This document shows positions 18,225-27,324 of a DNA stretch of 64,000 nt, one piece after another (the first letter of the stretch is position 1; each line of letters opens with the position of its first letter). Source of the DNA: Clostridia bacterium. GTDB lineage: Bacteria; Bacillota; Clostridia; Oscillospirales; CAG-272. Both the position numbers and the translations under genes were made by a program. The stretch covers positions 17,127 through 81,126 of the forward strand of contig JAFTXX010000002.1 in the NCBI GenBank assembly GCA_017461475.1. The letters are read 5' to 3'. The notes beneath the pieces are model-generated. The model worked only from the letters and a program-made list of their open reading frames with translations, was not told the DNA's origin and did no database searches.

Positions 18225-18585
18225 GGAAACATTTACATTTACCTATTCCGCAAAACAGCAGGAAGAGGTAGCACGCATAAGAAAAAAGTACGCCGCCCCC
18301 GAAGAAGATAAAATGGCACAACTCCGCCGCCTTGACAGAAGCGTTACCGATAAAGCAACAATGATTTCTATTGTAGTCGGCGTTATCGGCGCACTTATAC
18401 TCGGTATAGGAATGTGCTGTGCAATGGTCTGGATGGGCGCGCTGTTTATCCCCGGTATTGTTATAGGAATTGTCGGCATCGCCATAGTCAGCCTTGCCTA
18501 CCCCCTCTATAACCGCACTCTCAAAAAAGAGCGCGCCAAAATCGCCCCCGAAATAATAAGACTCACAGATGAACTTATGAAGTGA
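18211..18585 (+). CDS. small two-transmembrane-segment membrane protein, unknown function (paralog of 9775..10140)
   Basis: Same architecture as the paralog, including the PGIVIGIVG motif. It overlaps the previous gene by 14 nt. Confidence 0.6.
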   Translation: MENNKETFTFTYSAKQQEEVARIRKKYAAPEEDKMAQLRRLDRSVTDKATMISIVVGVIGALILGIGMCCAMVWMGALFIPGIVIGIVGIAIVSLAYPLYNRTLKKERAKIAPEIIRLTDELMK

Positions 18586-18589
18586 TGTT

Positions 18590-18793
18590 GTAAATTAAGT
18601 TTAGAGTTCAAGCCAACATCTCCCCGCAAGATCCTTCACTTCGCTATGCTACGTTCGAGGATGACAAGCGGGGTTTGTTGCAGTGTTATAAAACAAGCCT
18701 TTTTTAGCACATTGCTTAAACCCGCCCCTGTCATCCTCGAGCGAAGCGAAGGATCTTGGGCAGAGATGTTACTAACATAAACATTTATTTACC
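18590..18793. repeat. long palindromic MITE/REP-like element, family B copy 1
   Basis: The termini gtaaattaagtttag and aaacatttatttacc are inverted. The nested arms aacatctccccgcaagatccttcacttcgct (18615-18645) and agcgaagcgaaggatcttgggcagagatgtt (18740-18770) pair, as do ttcgaggatgacaagcgggg and ccccgcccctgtcatcctcga. Confidence 0.85.
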
Positions 18794-18796
18794 TCA

Positions 18797-18825
18797 TAAA
18801 AAAGAGCCTTGAGGCTCTTTTTTAT
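18797..18825. terminator. bidirectional intrinsic terminator
   Basis: AAAAA-agagcc-ttga-ggctct-TTTTTT between convergent genes. Confidence 0.7.
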
Positions 18826-19559
18826 ATTTTCTTTGCCTTTACAATTAAAAAGTTTGGTTTGATATACTCTTTTACTATTGTCGGTAATTTTTCTACTGCC
18901 CAGTTTTCGGGAACAGGTTCAACTACTTCTTCAATCATAAAACCTGCGTCTGCAAGTGCGGTTATGATATGCCCGAATGGTCTGTGGTACTTTACAACGT
19001 CGTCAACAAACCAGCGAGATGTGCGCTTGCCCGCACGGTTATAGTCTGAGAACGTATATGAAATACGGTTTCCATTTTCATCGCGGTTAAAGTGTCCGTT
19101 TCCATCAACGGTTGCTGTGATAATGGGGTGTTCCTGCGAAAAGAGAAGTGTACCGCCCTTGGTTGTGACATTCGCCATTGCTTTAGCGAAAGTTTTAAAG
19201 TCATCTATGTAGTGAAACGCAAGCGAACTGTAAAGAAGGTCAAAAGTCTCACCGATGCTTTCTATATCGGTCATGCTCATGTTTTTGTATTCGATTTTTG
19301 CATCGGATGATTCTTCTTTTGCAACTTCTAGCATCTTCTTGGAAATGTCTATGCCGACTACTTTGGTTGCACCGCGTTTAACAAAATCTACGCAATTATG
19401 ACCGTAGCCGCAACCGAGGTCAAGCACCGACTTGCCGACCAAATCGGGCAATAACTTTTTCATGGCAGGCTGTTCCAAAAGGTCGTTCATATTGTCATCA
19501 CGCTCACGCAAAGATTTGTACCCATCAAAAAATACATCGTTGTCAAAAATATTCTGCAT
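18822..19559 (-). CDS. class I SAM-dependent methyltransferase
   Basis: Motif I VLDLGCGYG and a typical ~245-aa size. Confidence 0.8.
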   Translation of the reverse strand: MQNIFDNDVFFDGYKSLRERDDNMNDLLEQPAMKKLLPDLVGKSVLDLGCGYGHNCVDFVKRGATKVVGIDISKKMLEVAKEESSDAKIEYKNMSMTDIESIGETFDLLYSSLAFHYIDDFKTFAKAMANVTTKGGTLLFSQEHPIITATVDGNGHFNRDENGNRISYTFSDYNRAGKRTSRWFVDDVVKYHRPFGHIITALADAGFMIEEVVEPVPENWAVEKLPTIVKEYIKPNFLIVKAKKI

Positions 19560-19621
19560 AACAACACCTTCTTAAATTAAAATGGAAATTTAATATAGCA
19601 TAGATAAGTTAAAAAGTCAAG

Positions 19622-19650
19622 CAAAAAACAGCACCGAAGCGCTGTTTTTC
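19622..19650 (-). terminator. intrinsic terminator of the dapA-dapB-lysA operon
   Basis: The hairpin aacagcgc-ttcg-gtgctgtt (read on the minus strand) is followed by a T-run, just after the lysA stop. Confidence 0.7.
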
Positions 19651-19655
19651 TATTA

Positions 19656-20951
19656 TCACATATCACATTTAATCAAATCTTCAAATGTTTCTCTTCTTAT
19701 ACCTACTCTCGTCTCGCCGTCCTTGACAATGACCACCGCGGGGCGGCAGATGCGGTTATAGTTTGATGCCATTGAGTAGTTGTACGCGCCCGTTGTAAGC
19801 ACCGCGAGAATGTCGCCGCGCTCGGGAGATGCAATCGCAATATCTTCCCCAATCAGGTCTCCGCTCTCGCAGCAACGTCCTGCAACCGTGCAGACAAAGT
19901 CTGCAGTCTTGTCAGCCTTTGTGGCGTTGATTACGGTGTACTCCGAGCCGTAGAGCGCATAGCGCGGGTTGTCGGTCATACCGCCGTCGATGGAAACGTA
20001 ACTCTTGTAACCGGTGATTGTCTTAACATTGCCGATTTTGTAAAGGGTGGTGCAAGTGTCTGCAACAATGCTGCGACCCGGCTCAAGCAGAATGGCGGGA
20101 GCCACAATTCCAAACTTTTCGCAGTCGGCGGCGATATGCTCGCCGAGTTTTTTGATGTTTGCCGCAATATCAATTTGCGGGTGTGACTCAACATAGCGAA
20201 CACCGTAGCCGCCGCCGAGGTTGAGAACCTTTACTTCATATCCGAACTTTGCTTTTACGTCGGCGACAAACTTTAACATAATGTCAGCCGCATCGCAGAA
20301 CGGGTCGGATTCAAAAATCTGCGAACCGATGTGGCAGTGAAAACCTTCGAGATTGATATTTTCGAGACCGAGCGCAAACTCTACAAGTTCCATAGCCTGT
20401 CCCGTCTCAATGGCGGTGCCGAACTTTGAGTCAACCTTACCCGTGCTTATCTTTGCATGGGTGTGCGGGTCGATACCGGGGGTGAGACGGAGCAACACGC
20501 GCTGCTTAATGCCGTTTTCACGCGCAATGCGGTCAATGGAAATAAGTTCGTCGCGGTTGTCGGCAACGAAACAGCCGAGTTTCTTTTCTATAGCAAGCGC
20601 AATGTCCTCGTCAGTCTTATTATTTCCGTGGAAATAAACATTCTGCATAGGAAAGCCTGCAGCGCTTACAGTGTATACTTCACCGGGGGAAACGACGTCA
20701 GCACCCATTCCTTCACTGTCAATGATACTGTAAAGTCCCTTAAAGCAGAAAGCCTTTCCCGCGTAAAGCGGCATTGAACCTTTCGGAAGATACTCTTTTA
20801 CCGCGTTAACATAAATACGGCAGTTTTCGCGCACTCTGTTCTCGTCAAGTACCATCAGCGGCGAGCCGTATTCTTTGACAAGTTCAAGCGCGTCAAGCCC
20901 GCCTATTGTAAGATGTCCTTGTTCGTTTGTAGAAAGATTGGAATAAAGCAT
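19656..20951 (-). CDS. lysA: diaminopimelate decarboxylase
   Basis: Fold-III PLP decarboxylase motifs (YAGKAF, HIGSQ, LGGGYGV, GRCCESGD), in an operon with dapA and dapB under an L-box. Confidence 0.9.
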   Translation of the reverse strand: MLYSNLSTNEQGHLTIGGLDALELVKEYGSPLMVLDENRVRENCRIYVNAVKEYLPKGSMPLYAGKAFCFKGLYSIIDSEGMGADVVSPGEVYTVSAAGFPMQNVYFHGNNKTDEDIALAIEKKLGCFVADNRDELISIDRIARENGIKQRVLLRLTPGIDPHTHAKISTGKVDSKFGTAIETGQAMELVEFALGLENINLEGFHCHIGSQIFESDPFCDAADIMLKFVADVKAKFGYEVKVLNLGGGYGVRYVESHPQIDIAANIKKLGEHIAADCEKFGIVAPAILLEPGRSIVADTCTTLYKIGNVKTITGYKSYVSIDGGMTDNPRYALYGSEYTVINATKADKTADFVCTVAGRCCESGDLIGEDIAIASPERGDILAVLTTGAYNYSMASNYNRICRPAVVIVKDGETRVGIRRETFEDLIKCDM

Positions 20952-20962
20952 TTTTTTACCTT

Positions 20963-21703
20963 TTAATTTTTAATCATATCCTGCATCGCGTAAAGTCCTG
21001 CACCCTTGCCGCAGACCCATTTAGCCGCTGCAACGGCACCGTCTGCAAAAACGCTTCGGCTCATCGCACTGTGAGAAACCGTGATGATTTCATTCTTCGT
21101 GGCAACGATAACTTCATGTTCGCCGACAATACTGCCTGCGCGAACCGCGTGAATACCTATCTCGTTTTTCTCACGCGCGTGTCTGCCGCTTCTGCCGAGC
21201 ATGAATGTGAGGTTCTCGCGCACGCTCTTTATTGCATTTGCAAGCATAAGCGCTGTGCCGCTTGGAGCGTCAAGTTTTGCGCTGTGGTGCTTTTCGATTA
21301 TTTCAATATCAGCTTCGGGGAACACCGCTGCGCTTTTTTTTGCAAGTTCGCAGAGCAGGGCAACGCCCATCGACATATTGGCAGAGAAGAACACGGGAAC
21401 CGCCTTTGCAAGCGCGTCAATGCGTGCCGTTTCCTCGTCTGTCTGCCCCGTGGTGCAAAGCACAACGGGGATGCCGTATTTCTCGGCGTACTCAGCCACA
21501 GCACCTATAGCGGAGTGGTGCGAAAAGTCAATAATAACATCCGCACCGACGTTTTCACTTGGGAAAGCGGTAACATTTACCGCGTCGGGGGCGGCAGTAT
21601 AGGGGTCAACGGCTAAAGCTAATGTAAGATTTTCGTCTTTTTCTATGCAGGCGATAACCTCTTTGCCCATTTTGCCGCACGCGCCGTTTACAATAACTTT
21701 CAT
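20963..21703 (-). CDS. dapB: 4-hydroxy-tetrahydrodipicolinate reductase
   Basis: MKVIVNGACGKMG NAD(P)-binding N-terminus and EKHHSAKLDAPSGTA. The ATG at 21703 lies 1 nt after the dapA stop. Confidence 0.9.
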   Translation of the reverse strand: MKVIVNGACGKMGKEVIACIEKDENLTLALAVDPYTAAPDAVNVTAFPSENVGADVIIDFSHHSAIGAVAEYAEKYGIPVVLCTTGQTDEETARIDALAKAVPVFFSANMSMGVALLCELAKKSAAVFPEADIEIIEKHHSAKLDAPSGTALMLANAIKSVRENLTFMLGRSGRHAREKNEIGIHAVRAGSIVGEHEVIVATKNEIITVSHSAMSRSVFADGAVAAAKWVCGKGAGLYAMQDMIKN

Positions 21704-21704
21704 A

Positions 21705-22592
21705 TTAAACATTAATACCAACGTCGCGCATTGCCTTCAGCAATACCGCCTTGGTGTTTTCCTCCATAGGTGTAAGGGGCAGACGGAGATAGTCCTCGCA
21801 GTAGCCCATAGCCGCCATGGCCGCCTTTACGGGAATGGGGTTAACTTCGCTGAACAGCGCGTCAATGAGGTAGTGATACTTGTACTGCAACTCCGCCGCG
21901 CCTGCAACGTCGCCCGCAAAGAAGCGGTTGCAAAGCTCAACGGTCTCCTTCGGGAGTAGGTTGGAGATAACCGAGATAACGCCGATGCCGCCGAGCGACA
22001 TAAGGGGAACTATCTGGTCGTCGTTGCCCGAGTAGAGGTCGAGTTTGTCATGTACAAGCGACATGGTTTCGACAATTTTCGATATGTTTCCGTTTGCTTC
22101 CTTAATAGCAACGATGTTAGGATGGTCGGCAAGCGCAAGATAAGTCTTGGGTTCGATATTTACGCCCGTGCGAGAGGGAACATTGTAAAGGATAACGGGC
22201 ACGGTGCTTGCGTCCGCAATAGCGGTGTACATCTGCACAAGACCCTTTTGAGTAGCCTTGTTGTAGTAAGGGGTAGCAACCAGAATTGCGTCAGCGCCCG
22301 CCTCACACGCGTGGCGGGTGAGTTCAAGCGCGTACGCGGTATCGTTTGAACCTGTGCCTGCAATGATCGGCACGCGTCCTGCCGCACGCTCAACCGCAAA
22401 GGAGATAGCCGCGCGGTGTTCCTCGTCGGTGAGGGTAGATGCTTCACCCGTGGTGCCGCAGACTACAAGCGCGTTGATGCCCTCGTTAATCTGCCAGTCG
22501 ATAAGTTTGCCGAAAGCGTCGTAGTCGATACCGTTTTCGGTGAGAGGAGTGATGAGCGCTGTTGCAACGCCCTTAAAAACTGTGTTTTTCAT
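21705..22592 (-). CDS. dapA: 4-hydroxy-tetrahydrodipicolinate synthase
   Basis: GVATALITP, CGTTGE, YNVPSRTG and the active-site Lys context AIKEANG. The ATG at 22592 has an AAAGGAAGAA ribosome-binding site. The longer track ORF would include the riboswitch terminator. Confidence 0.9.
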   Translation of the reverse strand: MKNTVFKGVATALITPLTENGIDYDAFGKLIDWQINEGINALVVCGTTGEASTLTDEEHRAAISFAVERAAGRVPIIAGTGSNDTAYALELTRHACEAGADAILVATPYYNKATQKGLVQMYTAIADASTVPVILYNVPSRTGVNIEPKTYLALADHPNIVAIKEANGNISKIVETMSLVHDKLDLYSGNDDQIVPLMSLGGIGVISVISNLLPKETVELCNRFFAGDVAGAAELQYKYHYLIDALFSEVNPIPVKAAMAAMGYCEDYLRLPLTPMEENTKAVLLKAMRDVGINV

Positions 22593-22617
22593 TATAGTTC
22601 TTCCTTTCTTTTGTATG

Positions 22618-22856
22618 GTAGAACAAAACAACCGTTCCTTGCGGAACGGTTGAACAGTAAATACATTTTGAAACAAAATCTATTAACCGATAGCCCTCCG
22701 CCATAAAGCGACAGTCACACACATCTTATTATGTGCAACCAGGTCGGCATTTTGCATACACCGCCTTCGGCGTCAGCCTCTTTCACTGCGGCAACGGCTT
22801 GCAAGACCTTGCACCGCAGATACTAACGACATAACGCGCCTCTACCATTTGAGAAG
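22618..22856 (-). promoter_or_regulatory. lysine riboswitch (L-box) with expression-platform terminator
   Basis: Reading the minus strand: GGTAGAGGCGC, GTTAGTA, GTGAAAGAGG, GCCGAAGG, CCTGG, GACTGTC and TGGCGGAGGGCTATCGG occur in L-box order. They are followed by the hairpin caaccgttcc-gcaa-ggaacggttg and TTTTGTT (22618-22653). Confidence 0.85.
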
Positions 22857-22885
22857 ATTGTAATATATATTTCCCGCTTTGTCAA
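22857..22885 (-). promoter_or_regulatory. sigma-A type promoter of the L-box/dapA operon
   Basis: On the minus strand: TTGACA (22885-22880), a 17-nt spacer, then TACAAT (22862-22857). Confidence 0.6.
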
Positions 22886-22904
22886 CAGTTTATTTCAAAA
22901 AAAT

Positions 22905-23010
22905 TGTAAATTGTAGTTATTAAAGCAATGGCGACGCACAAACCTGTGGACGACATCCTCAACGCCCCCTAAAAAAGCGAAACACAAGATGAGTGCTAAT
23001 GTAACGCCCC
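22905..23010. repeat. intergenic repeat, family A copy (single-armed)
   Basis: gcaatGGCGACGCACAAACC, GACGACATCCTCAACGCCCCCTAAAA and TGCTAATGTAACG (22994-23006) match modules of the 9001..9224 and 5671..5770 elements. Confidence 0.65.
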
Positions 23011-23022
23011 ACGATATTTGTT

Positions 23023-25044
23023 TTATCTCTCCAAAAACTTCGACTTTATCTTTTCATCCTTCTGGTCATACAGCGTCATCATGCGGTATGCGCCTGCCCA
23101 TGCACAGAGACAGTCGTTGTAATGACCGCGATCCTCGCAGGTGGGACGGTACTTTGTCCAGCGGCAGTGGAAGAACCCTTCGTTCTGTGAGCCTAAGGGG
23201 CGCACCTGACCGTGGAAAATGCGGTTATTCTCGGATGCAATACCCTGAATGGCGTTTGCCCACATTGCGCGCGCACGCTTTGCCCAACGCTTGTCGCCCG
23301 TGTAGTACGCGAGTTTCAAAAATCCGGTTACCGCGGCAGAACCCCATGAGTCAATGGCATGGTGCTCGGTGGAAATCGCCGTGCCGCCCTTGGTACTGTA
23401 GCCGTATTTGGTAAATTCGCTATCGGCGGGGTATAGCACATTGTAGTGATATGCCCAGGAGAAGAAGTAGTACGCCGCTTTCTTTGCGCGGTCGAGATAC
23501 TTTTTGTCTTTCGTCTCTTCGTAGAGAATAATAGAAGAATTGATAAACGGGTATGCAGTCTCCTTGTCAATGCTCTGACAGTCAAGCGCCCCCGCCGAGC
23601 AAACAAAGTTGTCAAGGTCGCGCGCAAAATAGAAGTCGCACGCCTTTATCGCAGTGTCAAGGTACTTTTTGTCTCCCGTCACACGGTAGGTTTCAAGCAT
23701 TCCGAGGAGCATAAATCCGCCTATCGAACCGCGTTCCATCACGCACTTGCCGTCAAGTGTCCATGACTTGCCAAAGCCGTATTCTTCGGAATAATGTTCG
23801 CAGAAAAAGTCGCATAGTTTTGCCGCAAAGTCGCGGAACTTCGGCTTGTCGATTCCGTGCTCTTTCAGCAACGTGTACATTCTCGACATCTCCGCCGCAC
23901 CCCAACCGAAGTTGCAGACATCGGGTGTTGCAAAGTCGTATGTTTCCTCAACATAATACTGTTGAAACTGCGAGTAAAGCAGACCGTTTTCGCCTTGCTT
24001 GTCCGCCCATGAGTCAAAAATGCCGATAGCCGTGTCAAGCATTTCCTTGTCGCCCTTTTCGAGTGCGTCGACCGCAAGCATACGCGCGTTGAGGAGACCT
24101 TGGTCTGCCCAACCCATTTCAAAACGCTCGTCAAAACGCCCGAGTTCGGTGTAGTACGGGTCACTCAGCCTTCTTTGCATCTCCTCGGGAGTGATAGCCG
24201 CGCCGTGTTGCGAGCGGAAGAGCCGTGGCGCAAAATGTGTGATTATCATTTTATGCCCCTTGTAGTCGTAGAGCAGAGCCTTTGCAAAATCAATGCCGAG
24301 ATCCCATACCTGTCTTGGCGTAAGGTGGGTGTCACGTTCAAGGTCAAAAATTTCAGCCGCGCGGTCAAGCAGATTTGCCGCCGCGTAGTTTTCGTACATG
24401 GGAACGCACGCGTATACATAAACCGTAGCGTCGAAGACTTCACCGGGAGCAAGCGTGATATATTCGCCGTACCTGTCGGTCAAAATATTTTTGCTCGAAT
24501 ATGAGTAAGGAGCTTCAACCACGGGGTGAATAATTCGCTGTGTAAACGTGCCGTCTTCGTTCTTTATCAGCGAGCAGGACGAGCGGAGCGAACTTTCGTT
24601 GCAGTCGCTTGCAAATACGGCGGTGCCGAAGTTTTTGTCCTCGCACAGCGTGCAGGAGGGAATACCCGTGCGGTCGTATGCAAATACCCACGGCTCGCCG
24701 TCACGGGAAAGTCCCGTCGGAGTGTTCTCACGGCAACCGTCATTTCCGTTGTAGTTTACGCAGGGAATAAGATAACGCGCAGGCTTAAACGCCGTCTTTA
24801 TCTCAAATATCTCGCGGAAAGTGACCTCTTTGTCGCTCACGTTTTTAACATAGCGAAGCACTTTGAAAAGTCCGTTGCCTTCGTTCTCATATGTATCGCC
24901 GACGTATAATTGCTTTTTCAATTTGTCAGCACCGACTTCCTTGCCGCCGACAAGTTCAAATCTTGCGTCGGGAAGATAACAAACGGCATGGTCATCGCCC
25001 GCACCTATGCAAAATTCGTTGTTGATATATTTAATGGAAATCAC
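23023..25044 (-). CDS. cytoplasmic (alpha/alpha)6-toroid glycosidase-like protein; family not assignable by eye
   Basis: 673 aa with no signal peptide. The C-terminal ~400 aa has repeated aromatic-rich helical hairpins (GWGAAEMSRMY, GGFMLLGMLETYRVTGDKKYLD, ILYEETKDKKYLDRAKKAAYYF, LAYYTGDKRWAKRARAMW). That pattern is typical of six-hairpin glycosidases or lyases. Confidence 0.4.
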   Translation of the reverse strand: MISIKYINNEFCIGAGDDHAVCYLPDARFELVGGKEVGADKLKKQLYVGDTYENEGNGLFKVLRYVKNVSDKEVTFREIFEIKTAFKPARYLIPCVNYNGNDGCRENTPTGLSRDGEPWVFAYDRTGIPSCTLCEDKNFGTAVFASDCNESSLRSSCSLIKNEDGTFTQRIIHPVVEAPYSYSSKNILTDRYGEYITLAPGEVFDATVYVYACVPMYENYAAANLLDRAAEIFDLERDTHLTPRQVWDLGIDFAKALLYDYKGHKMIITHFAPRLFRSQHGAAITPEEMQRRLSDPYYTELGRFDERFEMGWADQGLLNARMLAVDALEKGDKEMLDTAIGIFDSWADKQGENGLLYSQFQQYYVEETYDFATPDVCNFGWGAAEMSRMYTLLKEHGIDKPKFRDFAAKLCDFFCEHYSEEYGFGKSWTLDGKCVMERGSIGGFMLLGMLETYRVTGDKKYLDTAIKACDFYFARDLDNFVCSAGALDCQSIDKETAYPFINSSIILYEETKDKKYLDRAKKAAYYFFSWAYHYNVLYPADSEFTKYGYSTKGGTAISTEHHAIDSWGSAAVTGFLKLAYYTGDKRWAKRARAMWANAIQGIASENNRIFHGQVRPLGSQNEGFFHCRWTKYRPTCEDRGHYNDCLCAWAGAYRMMTLYDQKDEKIKSKFLER

Positions 25045-25216
25045 GCTATCATCTCCTTTGCTTTAACTTTACCACAGAAAAAATGATTTTACAATGCAAA
25101 CAGTTTACAAATTTGTATAATTTTTTGAAGAAGTTCATTTTTCACATAAGCCTTACTTGAACACGGAGTGTTTTTATGGTACAATAAATTAGTTTGATTA
25201 AAAGGAGGGAACCCGT

Positions 25217-27316
25217 ATGAAACTCATCATTGCCGAAAAGCCGAGCCTTGCGCGCAATATTTCGGGCGCTATCGGAAACCAGCAAAAAAAGAACGGATAT
25301 TTTGAAGGCAACGGCTATATCGTAAGTTGGGCGTTCGGACATTTGTTTTCCCTCTGTGACATAGAAGATTACCTCGAAAATCCACCCGCCGACGGACGTT
25401 GGACTATTGAAAATCTCCCTTGCTTCCCGCAACAGTTCCGCTTTACCTTGCGCCGCGGCTCGGACAAGCAGGTTGACAGCGGCGTTGTCCGCCAATTTGA
25501 AACGCTTAAATACCTCTGCAACCGAAACGATGTTGAGGCGATAATAAACGCGGGAGACGCCGACCGCGAGGGTGAGATAATAGTCCGCCTTTGCGTAATG
25601 CACGCGCTTGAAGGTAAAAAGCCTTTTCTCAGACTTTGGCTTCCCGACCAGACTAATGAGACCGTGCGTGCCGCGCTTGAAGAAATGAAAGACGAAAGCG
25701 AGTACGAAATGCTTGCAAACGAAGGCTTTGCACGTACCTATATCGACTGGCTTTACGGTGTTAACCTCACCCGTTACGCAACGCTTAAAACGGGCAAACT
25801 ACTCCGCGTAGGCAGAGTAATAGTGCCTATAGTAAAAGCCATCTACGACCGCGATATGGCAATACGTCACTTCGTACCCGAAAAATATTACGTCGGCAGA
25901 AGCGCCGAGGAAACAAAAGGCTACACTGTAGAACTCACAAGCAAAGTTAAGTTTGCCGCAAATGAGAAACACAAGGTCGAGGAACTTTGCGCAAGATATA
26001 ACCAGACAGGCGCGAAAGTCACCGCCGCAAAACGCAAAAAAGACGAAATCCTCCCAGGCAAACTCTACTCACTTTCAAAACTGCAAAACGTACTCGGTAA
26101 GAAGTATAAAATGTCAATGGGTGAGAGCCTTGAAATTGTACAAAATCTTTATGAGCGCGGCTATCTCACATATCCGCGTACAAACTCTGAGTATCTTGCA
26201 ACGGCAGAGCAGGGCAAGGTCAAAAAGATACTTGAAAATGTTGCCGCTCTCGGATATCCCGTCGAATTCAAGTTCAAAAAATCCATATTTGACGACTCAA
26301 AAATAGAGTCTCACTCGGCACTCACGCCAACATATAAGATACCGAAAAAAGGCGACCTCAGCGACGCTGAAAACAAGGTCTATTCGACCGTTTTCCGCCG
26401 CTTTGTAGCCGTGTTCTGTGCGCTCGAATGTAAAGCAGAAAAAACCGAGATCAAAATTGCAGTCGGCGACCTCGAGGAATTCACCCTCAAAGGCACCGTT
26501 ATTCTTGAACCCGGTTGGACAAAGTACGACGACTACTCGCAAAAGGATAAAATGCTCCCGCCACTTGAAAAGGGCGACGATGTAAATGTCAACTTTATGC
26601 CTGCCGAAAAAGAAACCACCCCGCCGAAACACTACACCATAGAAACCCTTAACAACTACCTCAAAAATCCTTTCAAAGAGGATAAAGCCGCGGCAAAAGA
26701 GGGTGCGGAGGAAAACGACGAAGAGGACTACAAGGCAATTTTCGAAGGTCTCGAACTCGGTACCGAGGCGACCCGCACGGGCATTATCGACAACGCCCGC
26801 AAGAGCGGATATATCGAACTCAAAAAGGATGTCTACTACATCCTGCCTGGCGGTGAATTTCTCATTCAGTCTCTCTTGCAAATGGGAATTTCCATGGATA
26901 AATACAAGACATCCGAAATGGGCAAGGCTTTAAAGCAAATCTTCCACGGTACAATGACGGTTGACGGTGTCTTAAAACTTGCCGAAAAGGAAATCATCGA
27001 AGTGTTTGCACAAAAGGAACTCCCGCCCGAGGACGACTTTGATGACGGCTTTGTCGGAGATGAAATTTGCGACTGTCCCTTTTGCGGCGGCAAGATACGC
27101 AGAACGACCTTCGGCTATGGTTGCTCAAAATATAAAGAGGGCTGTAAATTCGGTGTCAACCGTGTTATTTGCGGCAGAGTAATATCAAAGAAAAACGTTT
27201 ACATGCTGCTTACCGCGGGCAAGACATCAAAAATCAAAGGCTTTGTCTCAAAGACAGGCAAACCGTTTGACGCGGTGCTGAAACTTGAAGACAGAGGCGC
27301 AAAATTTGACTTTTAG
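25217..27316 (+). CDS. topB: DNA topoisomerase III
   Basis: Toprim N-terminus MKLIIAEKPS, DADREGE, the catalytic-Tyr context GYLTYPRTNS, and a C-terminal Cys4 zinc ribbon (CDCPFCGG...CSKYKEGC). Confidence 0.9.
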   Translation: MKLIIAEKPSLARNISGAIGNQQKKNGYFEGNGYIVSWAFGHLFSLCDIEDYLENPPADGRWTIENLPCFPQQFRFTLRRGSDKQVDSGVVRQFETLKYLCNRNDVEAIINAGDADREGEIIVRLCVMHALEGKKPFLRLWLPDQTNETVRAALEEMKDESEYEMLANEGFARTYIDWLYGVNLTRYATLKTGKLLRVGRVIVPIVKAIYDRDMAIRHFVPEKYYVGRSAEETKGYTVELTSKVKFAANEKHKVEELCARYNQTGAKVTAAKRKKDEILPGKLYSLSKLQNVLGKKYKMSMGESLEIVQNLYERGYLTYPRTNSEYLATAEQGKVKKILENVAALGYPVEFKFKKSIFDDSKIESHSALTPTYKIPKKGDLSDAENKVYSTVFRRFVAVFCALECKAEKTEIKIAVGDLEEFTLKGTVILEPGWTKYDDYSQKDKMLPPLEKGDDVNVNFMPAEKETTPPKHYTIETLNNYLKNPFKEDKAAAKEGAEENDEEDYKAIFEGLELGTEATRTGIIDNARKSGYIELKKDVYYILPGGEFLIQSLLQMGISMDKYKTSEMGKALKQIFHGTMTVDGVLKLAEKEIIEVFAQKELPPEDDFDDGFVGDEICDCPFCGGKIRRTTFGYGCSKYKEGCKFGVNRVICGRVISKKNVYMLLTAGKTSKIKGFVSKTGKPFDAVLKLEDRGAKFDF

Positions 27317-27324
27317 GAGAACAG

